A stretch of DNA of 63,961 bases, the filler included, from Octopus bimaculoides (Eukaryota), in the NCBI RefSeq assembly GCF_001194135.2. It is 5 parts of 4 records of this genome, joined end to end, with 100 filler letters (N's around TTAATTAATTAA, not from the genome) between each part and the next. Parts side by side here need not be neighbours in the genome. Positions count along the whole stretch, not along the records: positions 7,385 to 38,534 come from NC_068982.1; 4 more parts are not named here. One strand, 5' to 3'. Both the position numbers and the translations under genes were made by a program. This document shows positions 22,480 through 35,019 of the stretch, piece after piece. The notes below the pieces were generated by a model. That model saw only the letters and a list, made by a program, of their open reading frames with translations. It was not told where the DNA came from and searched no databases. Position 1 is the first letter of the stretch, and the number at the start of each line of letters is the position of its first letter.

Positions 22480-22810
22480 TACTTTCTATGCAATTACTGT
22501 TACGTTTATAATATCAGCAAAATCTGCCAAGATCTCTTCCCGCTGCTGTTGATTAGGAAAATAGAGGTAAATATACAAGCAACTTTTCTTGTAATATTTA
22601 TGATCTAACTCTCTAATATTTCCAACAGTTCTATGAGATATAGCAAATAAAACCGGCGCGATGAATTTCAAGAGGAATATTTGCTCTTTGAAAGCATCCG
22701 ATGGGATGTTGGAAGATTATCGAAATGTGTTTTTAAATTCTTCCAGAAATTCCAACAGATCGTTTTAACAGTGCAGTGATAAATCGTTCTCCTCACTGTA
22801 AAATTAACTT
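22480..22810 (-). mobile_element. PIF/Harbinger transposase remnant
   Basis: Minus: THFDNL..., FAISHRTVGNIRE and YLYFPNQQQREEILADF resemble the Harbinger DDE_4 N-terminal region (F.IS.STV..IIRE; YL.FP....W.EI...F). Confidence 0.5.
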
Positions 22811-23754
22811 TTGTGCATTCAGGAAGACAAAATGAAAGGAAAGCTGCAAGAATATATTTCATAGTTTGGCAACGTTCTAGTCTTTGGCAGCATGAATAAT
22901 GATTCTATTACATCGGTAGTTTCAATAATCAATATCTCGAGCTGACTAAATTAGTCTAACCTGAAAATCTCAACTACCCACATTGTTTTTCTCCTGCAGC
23001 AACAAACTCAACTTCAAATCTAATCTTCAGGTGATAGATGATGTTATTGTTTGCTTTTGGGTATGTCTCTATGTGTCTATGTATGCATATATGCGTGCAT
23101 GTGCATGCATGTGTGTATCTGGTATGTAAATGTATTATTCATGTGTATGTTTCTGCGTGTAAATGTGAATATACGTGTTTGTTTGTGTATGTTGTTCGTT
23201 AAGAGTGCATTTAAAGCGTTATATATATCCAGTCTACGGAAAAGAAGAGAACTATACATAAAATGAATGCTGCACTTAGTAATGCAACTATCTGCAGTGT
23301 GTATCGATGATATTTATGATTTTTATCTGTGTTAGTTTAACCTAATTCTTTCAATTATTCCTCCCTGTATACCTTTTACCAATGTTTCTAAATTTTATAT
23401 TTTGAAACTTTCTCAACTTCCTTCCAATCAATTTTCTTGTCATAAATGATTTATATGTCGATAAAGAGAGCAGCCCTTTTAACTTCAATGTCTAAAACTC
23501 ATTGCTTTGTAAGATTTTCTTTTTACTTCTCTTTCCGGGATTTGTTTGTTTTCAGTCAATGTTTATAGAGGATTCTGTCTCTATTGATCGAAGTGTTGAA
23601 CACATTGTTCTGTGAATAATCTATTTAATCGGTCATACTTATTAATTGTAGCATAATGTAGTGAAGTCAGGACTATTTATGACAAAGTAGTCAATTTTTC
23701 TTATTGTTCACTAAATAATCAACATTTGCTACATTGGTTGGTCATATTTGTAGT

Positions 23755-23965
23755 TAGATGGTTGAGTCTCAGAGTCGTTAGAATATAGCACAAGTTGCCT
23801 TGCGATATTTGTTCCAGCTCTCTGCGCTCTCAGCTCAAATGCCACAGAGGTCGATTAAATAAATTCCCAGTATATGCTAGCAGATTGGTAGAATTGTAAA
23901 TGATCGCCGGGCGAGAGGCTTTATATAATTTGTTCCGGCTTTTGCACTCTGAATTCTTGGATTGT
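23755..23965 (+). mobile_element. Two decayed SINE family B head fragments in tandem
   Basis: AGAGTCGTTAGAA...TCTCAGCTCAAATGCCACAGAGGTCGA and TTGGTAGAATTG...GCCGGGCGAGAGGC...ACTCTGAATTC. Confidence 0.45.
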
Positions 23966-24872
23966 CGGCCGAATTTATCCCCAGGTTTAAAATGTTATCA
24001 AATCTTTGGATACTTTTGGCAGAACCCAATCTTTTGCTAGGATTTTGGGCCAGGTCTCCACTTAAAGGACAACTTCTTCCCTATCTCCTACTAATTTCGG
24101 AAGTTCTAGACAAATAAAGGGTTCATATACGCTGCTCTTCCCTCTGTTAGTGTTAATAAAAGCTAGTTAAGTGTATGCTAATTCTGGTCTTTTACATCAA
24201 TTATAAAACAATTTGGCTTAACTATTATGCTAGTAGTACCATACCATTTTAAATTTCTTTTATATTTACCTAATTCAACTTGCTTACTACATCAGGTATG
24301 GTAACATCCACTTTGTTAAAGTAAGAAAACGCCTACTTTACTAATAGTATTTTCTGTTAAATTTGTCTATGGATATTTACTCAAATTTTAAACTATCATG
24401 TCTATCTGTGTTCATTCATGAAAAATCTGTCTTCTCTAGTCATTCTAAGATCTGGAAACCACCCTGTGTTTTGTTGATGAAACACCACAAAGTCACCTCC
24501 ACTGCATTTCATAGTTATTTAATTCAAATTCCAGCGTTGTCTTCCCCGCCTGATGTAAATAGCTGCAAAACTAACACCATCCTTTTCTGTTCAGTATGTC
24601 GGTTAAAGGCAGAAAAGTGGTGGAGAAAAGAGTCTCCTTGAATGGAGATGAGTTTAATTTTATAAGTCCCTCTTTATGTTTGCAGCTGCAGAACTGCTTG
24701 ACATTTACTCATGAAATGTAATATGTATTCTATTACTGTTGATACTACCTTGCTCATGGTTAGTTTCCAAGGTCCACGTGCGAGGAATACTCTCAAAAGC
24801 CTTCCGAAAGTTTATCCAAGCCATGCATAGACCCTTCTTTTTCTTTCGGCAGTCTTCAGTTATAGCTATTTC

Positions 24873-25274
24873 CATCCACTGATTCCAGCAGGCATGCCCT
24901 TTGAATTGAAGAGACTTCAGTTTCCAGTGAGAGTTAGTTTTGCAATATCAATTAACAAGAGTCAAGGACAATCACTGAAAATTGTTAGACTTCACCTCAT
25001 GCAGTAGTGCTTTTCCCATTGTCAGGTCTATGTTGGTTGTTCCAGAGTTGGAAATGGCAACAATCTCTTCATACTCACGTCAAATGGTAAAACCAAGAAC
25101 AGTATTTATACTGCTGATTTACAGTGATCTCTAAATGTCACGGTGATACAAAATACTCCAAATGTGATACTCTGTGATATAAATCTTAAATGATACGATA
25201 CCAATAAATGCTTTATTATTATTTCTCTCTTTAGTTTTGGGCCGCAGGCCCAATTCGCCCGCCACAGGAGCTAA
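24873..25274 (+). mobile_element. Helitron 3' end: PIF1-helicase C-terminus, 3' UTR, subterminal hairpin and CTRR terminus
   Basis: HPLIPAGMPFELKRLQFPVRVSFAISINKSQGQSLKIVRLHLMQ*CFSHCQVYVGCSRVG...NGKTKNSIYTADLQ* (24873-25127). Hairpin TTGGGCC-GCA-GGCCCAA at 25237-25253; CTAA at 25271-25274 followed by T. Confidence 0.9.
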
Positions 25275-25309
25275 TGTCAAAGTGAAGAGCTGAATGTCAA
25301 AGTGAAGAG

Positions 25310-25360
25310 CTGAATGTCAAAGTGAAGAAATTCAACCAAGCGCGGGTAAACGGTGGGAGT
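25310..25360 (+). rRNA. 51-nt fragment of 28S (LSU) rRNA, helix 68-69 region; not a gene
   Basis: CTGAATGTCAAAGTGAAGAAATTCAACCAAGCGCGGGTAAACGGTGGGAGT matches the conserved eukaryotic LSU sequence as I recall it, with one C>T change at 25354. Confidence 0.85.
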
Positions 25361-27509
25361 GCGGCTTTTAAGATAGTATAATAAAATAAAATAGATAAAT
25401 AGACTGTCAGGCAAACNNNNNNNNNNAATAAACATAATAAAGTCGTATATGGGTTCTGTTTTTAACTTATTTTCCAGATAAAAATATATGGAAAATTAAA
25501 TAACATTTTGATGAAATTTTCTTCTTTGTCTCACAACTTTACTGCCATCTCCACCATCACCACGACCACCACTATCACCACTACCACCGCCATCATCATC
25601 ATTACCACTACCTCATCCATCCCCCATCTTCCTGCTCATCTTCATCATCATCTCCATTATTATCACTATTCTCCTCTACCACCTCCATCCTATCACTACC
25701 AACACCACCACTACAACCACCACTGTCTTCATCATCATCATCAACAACAACAACAACAACAACAACAACAGCAACAATAATAGCAACAACGTCTCATCAT
25801 TCTCTCCACGTACGAGCCATTCCCTCTTCCCTCCTATTCATTGCTTGACCGTTGTCATGTGTAGTGATTGACTATCTGTGAGATCAGTCTTCACTTTGTT
25901 CACCTGACTGTCACGGTGTCTAACACGCACCAACTCACGAATCTTTCATCTGTCCCTGCACACTTTACACAGCTATTGCCATCACACAGACAATAAATAA
26001 TACATACATATGCATACATACATACATACATACATACATACATACGTACANNNNNNNNNNNNNNNNNNNNNNNNNNNNNNNNNNNNNNNNNNNNNNNNNN
26101 NNNNNNNNNNNNNNNNNNNNNNNNNNNNNNNNNNNNNNNNNNNNNNNNNNNNNNNNNNNNNNNNNNNNNNNNNNNNNNNNNNNNNNNNNNNNNNNNNNNN
26201 NNNNNNNNNNNTATATACATATATATATAAAGACATGTACACAACTTTACTAACAAACATTCATTAGCTTTACTAAAACACACACAAACACAGACACACA
26301 CACACACATACACATATGCACGCACACACAAACACGTAGACATGCATTTACAATTCAGGAGAAATAAATTTTAAGCATCCCGTCCTTTTTCCCCTCACCA
26401 CTTTCCCCACCAACACCAACAGCAAGGCCGCCAACACCACCAACGCCGCCATCACCCTCATCATAACGCCATCAATATTGCTCCCACCATCATCATTATC
26501 ATCATTACTACCGTTATAATCCCCACCCCTCTCACAATCACCATAAACGCCTTAAACAACATCAACACTAGTAACAACAGCAGCAGCAACGACAGTAGAA
26601 CGAAAACAGGAAGGAGTCGCCGTACCGGCAGCCTTGAGATTGAATAAAGTTTGATGGTTCTATGGCTTAACGGAAACGGCAATTGTGAGTGGGGTAAAGA
26701 TGGAGATTGATGGAGAGAAATAGCAAAAAGAGATAAATGAAAGGAAGAAGGAAAAGACGGAAAGAAAGAAGGGAGGAAAGAGAGAAAGGAAGCTAGAAAA
26801 GCAAGATGAGGAAAACAGAAATAATCTAAGGTAAAATAATTATAAGAAAACAACAAAGAAAGACAAAAAAAATATGGACGATTGAGAAAGATAGAAATGA
26901 AACGGCGAGTGAGAGAATGAGTAAACGCCATGTAATGTCAATGAAATTAATGGTAGCAAAGAAGAGATATTGCTAAATTTCATGACATTATAATAATAAT
27001 AATAAAGCGTTAGCAGAAAGTGAATAAGTATAAAAACCATTTGAATACATATATCTACAATCGCGTAAAATCGACATCATAAAGATCAAACTCCATCGAC
27101 CTCACCGGCCTCAGAAAAGCTCGGAAGGCCAAGGGTATAACCGTATCTCCCACAAGATCTGAGTTTATTATTTTTTTTTTCCAGTTTCGTCATCTGCTTT
27201 TATCAATCCTTAAATAAGAATCCCAATTTAGTTTGCCGTGTTCAATTCCATTATATATTTATACAAATACTTCCCCCGCCTGTACACATTTGATTTTTTT
27301 ATTTCTATATTTTTATATTATGATACCTATTACACACACACACACAAACGGAAATGTAAACACACCAATACCTGTCGTGAACCGTGGGTGGAGAAACATA
27401 CATACACACACACATATGTTGATTGTTTACTCTGTACGTCCACTTTGTTGGTGTTTGCTCGTTCGAAGTCCTAACTCTCCACAAATTTCATATTTTAAAA
27501 ATTTCTGGA

Positions 27510-27690
27510 TGCTACTGTCTTATGAAATTTTCCTATCTTGTCGTTGAAAGCTCGAAACAGGTAATAATAAACAGTCGACAACTGAGGAGGAGTTAGACTT
27601 CTTTTGGTATTTTCTCCCGTACTTGTCTCTCGTTATGTGTTTACGTGTATTTCGCTCGTTGTTGATGTCCTGTGCTTACTGTGTATTTTT
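27510..27690 (+). mobile_element. Penelope-like terminal fragment (decayed)
   Basis: ACTGT-CTTATGA...GAAAGCTC-GAAAC-AGGTA...ACAGT, then CTGAGGAGGAG and a T-rich tail; same layout as 16685-16830. Confidence 0.35.
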
Positions 27691-28809
27691 TTTTTNNNNN
27701 NNNNNNNNNNNNNNNNNNNNNNNNNNNNNNNNNNNNNNNNNNNNNNNNNNNNNNNNNNNNNNNNNNNNNNNNNNNNNNNNNNNNNNNNNNNNNNNNNNNN
27801 NNNNNNNNNNNNNNNNNNNNNNNNNNNNNNNNNNNNNNNNNNNNNNNNNNNNNNNNNNNNNNNNNNNNNNNNNNNNNNNNNNNNNNNNNNNNNNNNNNNN
27901 NNNNNNNNNNNNNNNNNNNNNNNNNNNNNNNNNNNNNNNNNNNNNNNNNNNNNNNNNNNNNNNNNNNNNNNNNNNNNNNNNNNNNNNNNNNNNNNNNNNN
28001 NNNNNNNNNNNNNNNNNNNNNNNNNNNNNNNNNNNNNNNNNNNNNNNNNNNNNNNNNNNNNNNNNNNNNNNNNNNNNNNNNNNNNNNNNNNNNNNNNNNN
28101 NNNNNNNNNNNNNNNNNNNNNNNNNNNNNNNNNNNNNNNNNNNNNNNNNNNNNNNNNNNNNNNNNNNNNNNNNNNNNNNNNNNNNNNNNNNNNNNNNNNN
28201 NNNNNNNNNNNNNNNNNNNNNNNNNNNNNNNNNNNNNNNNNNNNNNNNNNNNNNNNNNNNNNNNNNNNNNNNNNNNNNNNNNNNNNNNNNNNNNNNNNNN
28301 NNNNNNNNNNNNNNNNNNNNNNNNNNNNNNNNNNNNNNNNNNNNNNNNNNNNNNNNNNNNNNNNNNNNNNNNNNNGTGGGGGTTGTATCATGTATTATGT
28401 TATATGTGTAGTTATATATTATAATATACGTGTTATATATAATAGAAATACCGTTTCCAACAAAACTCTAAACCTATACTTCAAAATTCATAAAAAATGA
28501 AAATACACACATCAGATAAAGGTGGTACATATACTTCTCTTCCTATATCATTTCAGAATTAACAAAGAAGACATAAATCCGAAATAGCATGCAACTGACT
28601 CAATGACATCAATGCAGTGGGTTATATATATTAAATATATCCAAGACACAAAGGCGTGAATTGTCGTGAGACGAAGATTAAAGATGCTTCATCCTTTAAA
28701 CCGAAAACTAATAGTAAGTAAGGAAAACCCACTTAAGAATGTCACTTGTAGATATTGAGAATATAATAAAATACTCTTAAATAAAATACGAGAACAATAA
28801 ATGAGAAAG

Positions 28810-30470
28810 TAGACCTGCTCAAATGTTTTCTGTGGTCTGAAAGGAACAAACTGGATTTCCCGAATGTGCCACTGTGGACATGGACAAACCACATCGGGAC
28901 ATCTAAGTCGTATGTAGAGTATTCTGTTGGTCAGTAGACTGGTATAGCAAAAGTCGTCCACATTTAAAAATCGTCGGCTACACAGACCACAAATTTGTGA
29001 TCTGTACGTTCGACCTAGGTGAGCCTCATAGGCAGAGACCCGATTAATGGGAGCTAAATGCGTCACTCCCGGCTTCCAAATTTACAGAGTCTAGATTAGC
29101 GAATTAGTTTAGCGCGGTCAATCGTCAACAACAAATTGCAGTTCGCCCTGAAAAGGACGATTAGAGTAGTATCCATTAAGTTTAGTGTGGTCATAGTAAT
29201 TGAGAAAAATAGAATAGAGAGAGACTTAGCCATAAACTTTGAAGAGGTTCTTAGGAAAGGTATCGCAACCTACGTGCTTGCGGTGAGATTCAATGCATAG
29301 CACGAAGAGACAAATGGCGCGCTGGAACGTAGGATGGATTTCACTGCCTACCTTGACGACCCGCCGCGATTCTCGGCAAGAGAAGTGAAATGTTGTGAAA
29401 AGTCAATAACAGTTGTAGAATTACATGGCTGCGTGAAGGGCAAATTGCCTGGTTTGGATGGTCTACTCTGCGTGCTTTAATTTTATATGCCGGACTTGTT
29501 TGGAGACTTCTTGGCAGATATCTCCCGCAACTGGTAGCACAACAAGAGGATTCCCAGTTTGAGAGTTGAAGAGTGGTGTAAATACTCAGAAAGGACCCAA
29601 ATAAGAGGGATCACATTGATAATTCCCGCTCCATAAGTCTGCTAAACGCAGAATTTAAAGTTTCAGCCAAGCAAAGAGGTTGGCCCTTATCGAGGGCTTG
29701 ATAGGCGATTCACAAACATGCGAAATCCTAAACAGATCTATCCACGACAATCTTCATGTGATACCTCACAGAGGTTGGATAATGAGTCTGACATGGGTAG
29801 AACTCTGGTCAATTTAGATCAATCAACAGCCTCTGATAGGGTTGATCACCAATACTTGGCGGCTGTTCTCGCGGTAGTTGGTTTCGGACTCGTTTTGCGC
29901 GGCTGGATTACCGCAATATACAGCAACATCTTCTCGGTGTTTCGAATGAATGGTCACCTATCAGAACTACTCAGCATCAAGGTTTCCCCTCTCACTTCCG
30001 TATGTACTGACTCTAGAGCCACTACAGCGGAAACTGGAGACGTTGAGAGTATCTCGTAGGGCGTGAGGGAACCGTGTTGGCATATGCAGATGACGTCACC
30101 GTCAAAGTGTCGGATATCAGACACATAGACTTGATCGGCGCTACTCTAAAGGAATATGAGACAGTGACATAGCAAATATCAAACAAAAAAGTCAGTGGGG
30201 TTGCCGCTTGGTACCTGAAGAGGTAGATCTATGCCACCCAATAACATCGTGGGACGCTGGACGGACGAACCTGTTAAATTACTCGAGGTCTAGTTTGATC
30301 CAGACCTTTTAATTGGGGAAAGACTGGAACGAGATGACGAGTAGAGTATCCAGTCTCACCGAGAGATAGTCCGAGAGAAAGCTTTCCCTGAAACTTCGAG
30401 TACGGGTGGCCAACGCATACATCACATCCGTTTTTATACTACCACCTGACCGTTGTGCCTTGCCTCAGTT
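28810..30470 (+). mobile_element. Tx1/L1-clade LINE ORF2 remnant (end of APE endonuclease and RT)
   Basis: LDFPNVPLWTWTNHIGTSKSYV...GYTDHKFVICTFDL (TW...SR.DR and xDH APE motifs); LVNLDQSTASDRVDHQYLAAVLAVVGFG...WITAIYS...RMNGHLSE (RT); YADDVTVKV near 30085; ANAYITSV...LTVVPC at the end. Confidence 0.85.
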
Positions 30471-31340
30471 CACATCTGACCAGACAGGAACGCCTATACT
30501 TCTATGCGCTTCGGTTTGGTTTTCTGGGATGATAGTGGTATTATTTTTTATTGTCTCGAATCCTACTGGCGTTAGACTGTTGTTGGGCATATCTCTGCGT
30601 ACGGTGGCTAATTTGTTTGCTTCAATATAATCACGGGTGTCATCCCTTATCATTTCTCTCCAGATATTGAAACACAACTCAGCTTTATTACGTCTTGGTT
30701 GATTCAGTGCTGTGTAGAATGCTGTCATACTCCTCTATCTCTCGTCTATCTATTTTTAGTGGTTCTTTCGACGTTTGTTTTATTTGGTATTTGTCTGTAG
30801 GTGTCAGGGTTGATTTCTTGACTCTGATCCCCCTCAAGATCATTTTTAGAGGAGTTTGTTCCAATTTTCAACTTTTCGACTGCTGGTTGGTTCCTCACTG
30901 AAAGACATCCCTTGGTGATACGCGTGACAGACGATGCGGTATAATCCGTTTCTAGTCTGCATTTTACAAGAAGAATCTATTTTAACCTTACAGGCAAAGA
31001 GAGATTTTCGTCACTATTCTTGACACATTTGCTTCATCAAGCTTGGACGGAGTCTGTCTACTCTTGTTTGGATAGGCTGTGCTGCGCTGGTTATCAACAC
31101 ACTATTTACAGCCCTGTTGCAGTGGGTTAAGCATTGTGTTATTTTTCTATTGGAATTACAAACTCTTCCTAGTATTGTATTGCAACAGAATGTTTTGTTA
31201 TGGGGTTGTGCTTCAGTCTTTTGTTGTATTAGTGTTTATATTGTGTGTTGTGTGTGTATTGCGAGTTGTGTTCTTCAGTTGGGCATCGCCAGTGGCATTC
31301 AGAGATGGGTCTGTCTGTTTAGTGTTAACCGTTTGAGAGC
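30470..31340 (-). mobile_element. Opposite-strand A-rich segment, possible L1/Tx1 ORF1 remnant
   Basis: The strand bias flips at about 30470. Minus frames give GMTPVII.KQTN.PPYAEICP and LATVRRDMPN, which could be a decayed zinc knuckle. Confidence 0.3.
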
Positions 31341-31468
31341 TTTATCAATGGGTGCACCTGTCCCTTTCCACTACTTAAAAAGAAACTAAAGAAACTTGTT
31401 ACAGCTTTTGTTAAGGGCATTTAAATACCGTTTATCATTATTATCATTATTATTATTATTATTATTAT

Positions 31469-31469
<1 letters not shown>

Positions 31470-31526
<57 letters not shown>
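31470..31526. repeat. (AGT)n microsatellite
   Basis: Directly visible; abuts the SINE B head. Confidence 0.95.
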
Positions 31527-31527
<1 letters not shown>

Positions 31528-31747
31528 AGGCGGCATGCTAGCAGAATCATTAGCGCGCCGGACAAAATGCTTTCGTCCGTCCCCTTACTTTCTGAATTCA
31601 TATATTCCGCTGAGGTTGACTTTGCCTTTCATCCTTTCGAGATCGATAGAATAAGTACCAGTTGAGCACTGGGGTCGATGTAATCGGCTAACCCCGTCCC
31701 CCAAAATTTCAGGCTATGTCCCTATAACAGAAAGGTTTATTATTATC
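31528..31747 (+). mobile_element. SINE family B, full length with (ATT) tail
   Basis: GGCGGCATGCTAGCAGAATCATTAGCGCGCCGGAC...GAGGTTGACTTTGCCTTTCATCCTTTCGAGATCGATAGAATAAGTACCAG...ACTGGGGTCGATGTAATCG. Confidence 0.85.
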
Positions 31748-31776
31748 TTAATCATCGTCATTATCATAATCATCAT

Positions 31777-31808
<32 letters not shown>

Positions 31809-32716
31809 GCGTCGCCGTGGTCGTCGTCGTCGTCATCATTATAATCCCTCTTACTCCTTCCACCCGGCACCTTCTTCATAAAACCTATCACTTTCCATCC
31901 CCACTGCTCACTTTCTGTACTGTCCCTCAAACATCCCCATCCCCCGTTCTTTCTCACTTTATGACTTCCATCGCTTTTCTTCTTAACTCCTTTTATCTTC
32001 TTAACCATCTTCTCTCCTTATGCCTTCTTCGACTTCCATCTTACTCCTTTCTATTTCTCATAATCCCCCTCTCTCTCTCCCTTTTCTCTCCTTCTCTCTC
32101 TCTCTCCCTTTTCTCTCCTCCTCTCTCTCTCCCTCTCTTTCTCCCCTTTTTCTCAGTTCTTCCCTCATTCAATTGTTCCGTTAAGCGTGGGTGGAAGAGG
32201 AAACAAGGAACATTGAAAACACATATAATCGGAACTAGCAGCTATGATTACAGCGACGACCGCAGCAACAGTAACAACAATTACTGCACCAATATCAACA
32301 ACAACAACAACAACAACAACAGCAGCAGCAGCAGCAGCAGTAGCAGGAATAACAAATCAATTAAACAGTCACAAAAACAATAAGAAAAAACAATAACAAT
32401 AGACGCAACAGCATCAACAGAAGTAATAAAAAACACAAAAATATCAATAGCAACAACAAAAACAACAGCAACAACTAGATCAACAGGGTGTGTATATGCC
32501 TTAAGTGAGCGCGCGTGTGTGTGTGTGTGTGTGTGTGTGTGCGCCTGTGAGTGCGTGCGTGTGTGGAGGGGAGAGAGAGAGATTGAATGTGTGTGCATAT
32601 GTGTGCATTTATCTATTTGTATGTTTTTATACGGATATATGTGTGTGTGTATATTCCACATGTTTGTATATATCTGCATACATATATACATGTACATATG
32701 TATATGTATATCGATA

Positions 32717-32754
<38 letters not shown>

Positions 32755-32846
32755 AAAACACGCCCACACAAACATCTCTCTATCTCCCCTCTCGTACTCT
32801 TTCTCTCTCTCTCTTATCTATTGATCTAGCGATCTATTTCTTTCCC

Positions 32847-32850
<4 letters not shown>

Positions 32851-32930
<80 letters not shown>

Positions 32931-32995
32931 TATATTTCCATATATATATATACATATACATACACACACACGCACACACGCACACACGCACACAC

Positions 32996-33060
<65 letters not shown>
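32851..33060. repeat. (TA)n, (CA)n and (GATA)n compound microsatellite
   Basis: Directly visible. Confidence 0.9.
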
Positions 33061-33429
33061 TGTCTGTGTGTGCCAGAGAGTATAGGCATGCAGTTATAAG
33101 TTGTATTTGTAACTGCTTGTCAATAAGTCTGCAGTTAATTCATTGGTGTTGATCAAAATGTAATGGAATCTTCTGGAAAGACAGGTTTTGTTTACTAAAG
33201 TATCGATTTTACGAATACCTCCTACGTAACTGATAAAATTGAAGGACGCTTTATAAAATATCAACACCTATAATACATAAGTATATATACATACAAACAT
33301 ACATCTATGTGCATGTGGTTGTGTATAAGTATATATACATATTCAAATATATATACATATATATATACACACACATGTATGTATGTATATGTCTACAATT
33401 ATAATGTAAAGAGAAACGTTTGTTATGAC

Positions 33430-33660
33430 TTCCGGTAACGCATGCGCAATGATATATAGTAACCGGTCGGCGTTTACCTACGGCATATCTATACATGTGT
33501 GCCCCAACGACTTTCTTCCCTCATAACTTTCAGAAAGGTAGATATTTTTTAATGTAATTTTCCAGAAGTACGCCTATATCAGAATTTGTTTGTAAAAATA
33601 TTGTTTAAGAAATTTGATGTGTCATTATATATGTGTGCTATCCCACAAATTTTTACTTCC
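33430..33660 (+). mobile_element. Possible DINE/Helentron-like non-autonomous fragment
   Basis: TAGTAACCGGTCGGCG...CTCATAACTTTCAGAAAGGTAGATATTTTTTAATGTAATTTT resembles this class from memory. Single copy here. Confidence 0.3.
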
Positions 33661-33675
33661 ATATTAAATTGCGAT

Positions 33676-34074
33676 CTCTTTTACTCTTTTACTCTTTTAC
33701 TTGTTTCAGTCATTTGACTGCGGCCATGCTGGGGCACCGCCTTTAGTCGAGCAAATCGACCCCAGGATTTATTCTTTGTAAGCCTAGTACTTATTCTATC
33801 GGTCTCTTTTTGCCGAACCGCTAAGTTACGGGGACGTAAACACACCAGCATCGGTTGTCAAGCGAAGTTGGGGGGACAAACACAGACACACAAACATATA
33901 TATATATATATATATACATATATACGACAGGCTTCTTTCAGTTTCCGTCTACCAAATCCACTCACAAGGCTTGGTCGGCCCAAGACACTTGCCCAAGGTT
34001 CCACGCAGTGGGACTGAACCCAGAGCCATGTGGTTGGGAAGCAAGCTACTTACCACACAGCCACTTCTGCGCCT
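33676..34074 (-). mobile_element. SINE family A, full length (small internal deletion)
   Basis: Collinear with 16178-16579. Confidence 0.9.
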
Positions 34075-35019
34075 ATATATATATATTAAAATTTATTAGC
34101 AGTAGTTATGTAATAATATTTAATTGCTTTATAAATGCAGGTTCTGTTAACATTATTGCAAAAGTTTCACAAGGTGCTTCACATACTAAGAGTTCATAAG
34201 ATGAGATACTGCACATTAGGCTAGCAAATAGCTTTTGATTCATTTTGTTGTTGTTGTTGTTGTTGTTGTTGCTGTTGTCGTCGTCGTCGTCGTCGTCGTT
34301 GTCAAAAAGTCAATGTCCAAGGATTCCAGATTTGAAAGTTTTTCTAATACTTGTACATTGATTTCCATGACTCTGAGAGTGAACTCTTTAGGAAGTATTT
34401 ACTTCCAGATGATCTTCCAAATGATCCAAGAACTATCGCAGCTCAACAAAGGTCCAGATAAGAAACTCCAAATAAAGTTATGCATGAATATGTTTTCGTA
34501 AACTTGAAGATGATACTAATATCGACAGTGTAGCATTTCTTAGTGTCGTGATCATCCTATCACATTTTGGCGGTTATATATTCGCTATCTAAGAGCATGA
34601 GATAGTTTCAAAATACCTAATGATATAAAGATACAGTGAAGCATTTAAACCCTCCAGGACTCGACAGGAAATGTCAATTACGTCATATTTCTTTGAAAGA
34701 AATTGTGCATGCCATCAGCAAGTGTTCGGAAATGTCATTAAAGTAATCCCGTCCAATGTGTCCTGACATTAATACTAAAACAATATATGATGCTATTCAT
34801 AGGAAAGATTTCTCTGGGATAAATACAGAAAATATTTCTGCTGTTCATCGTATGCGTATATTTCAAAACAAGGAACACTAATGGAACATTCTCATCAAAA
34901 CTTCCAACCGATTTAAATGTGTTTGCTGCAGAAGAGAAAAATTATGTGCGTTCATAGAGGACAGCTGCTCTGGACTTTACTTTCAAAATCTGTGAAAAAG
35001 AGAATATTTATGAGCATAT

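Noticed and set aside
24363-24720. Minus-strand NRKGWC*F and GGDFVVF segments resembling a YqaJ-type nuclease motif
   Set aside because: Short, split across frames and without the other motifs.
34300-34960. Possible L1 ORF1/ORF2 remnants (CPDINTKTIYDAIHRKDF...)
   Set aside because: A-rich and protein-like, but with no diagnostic motif that I can name.
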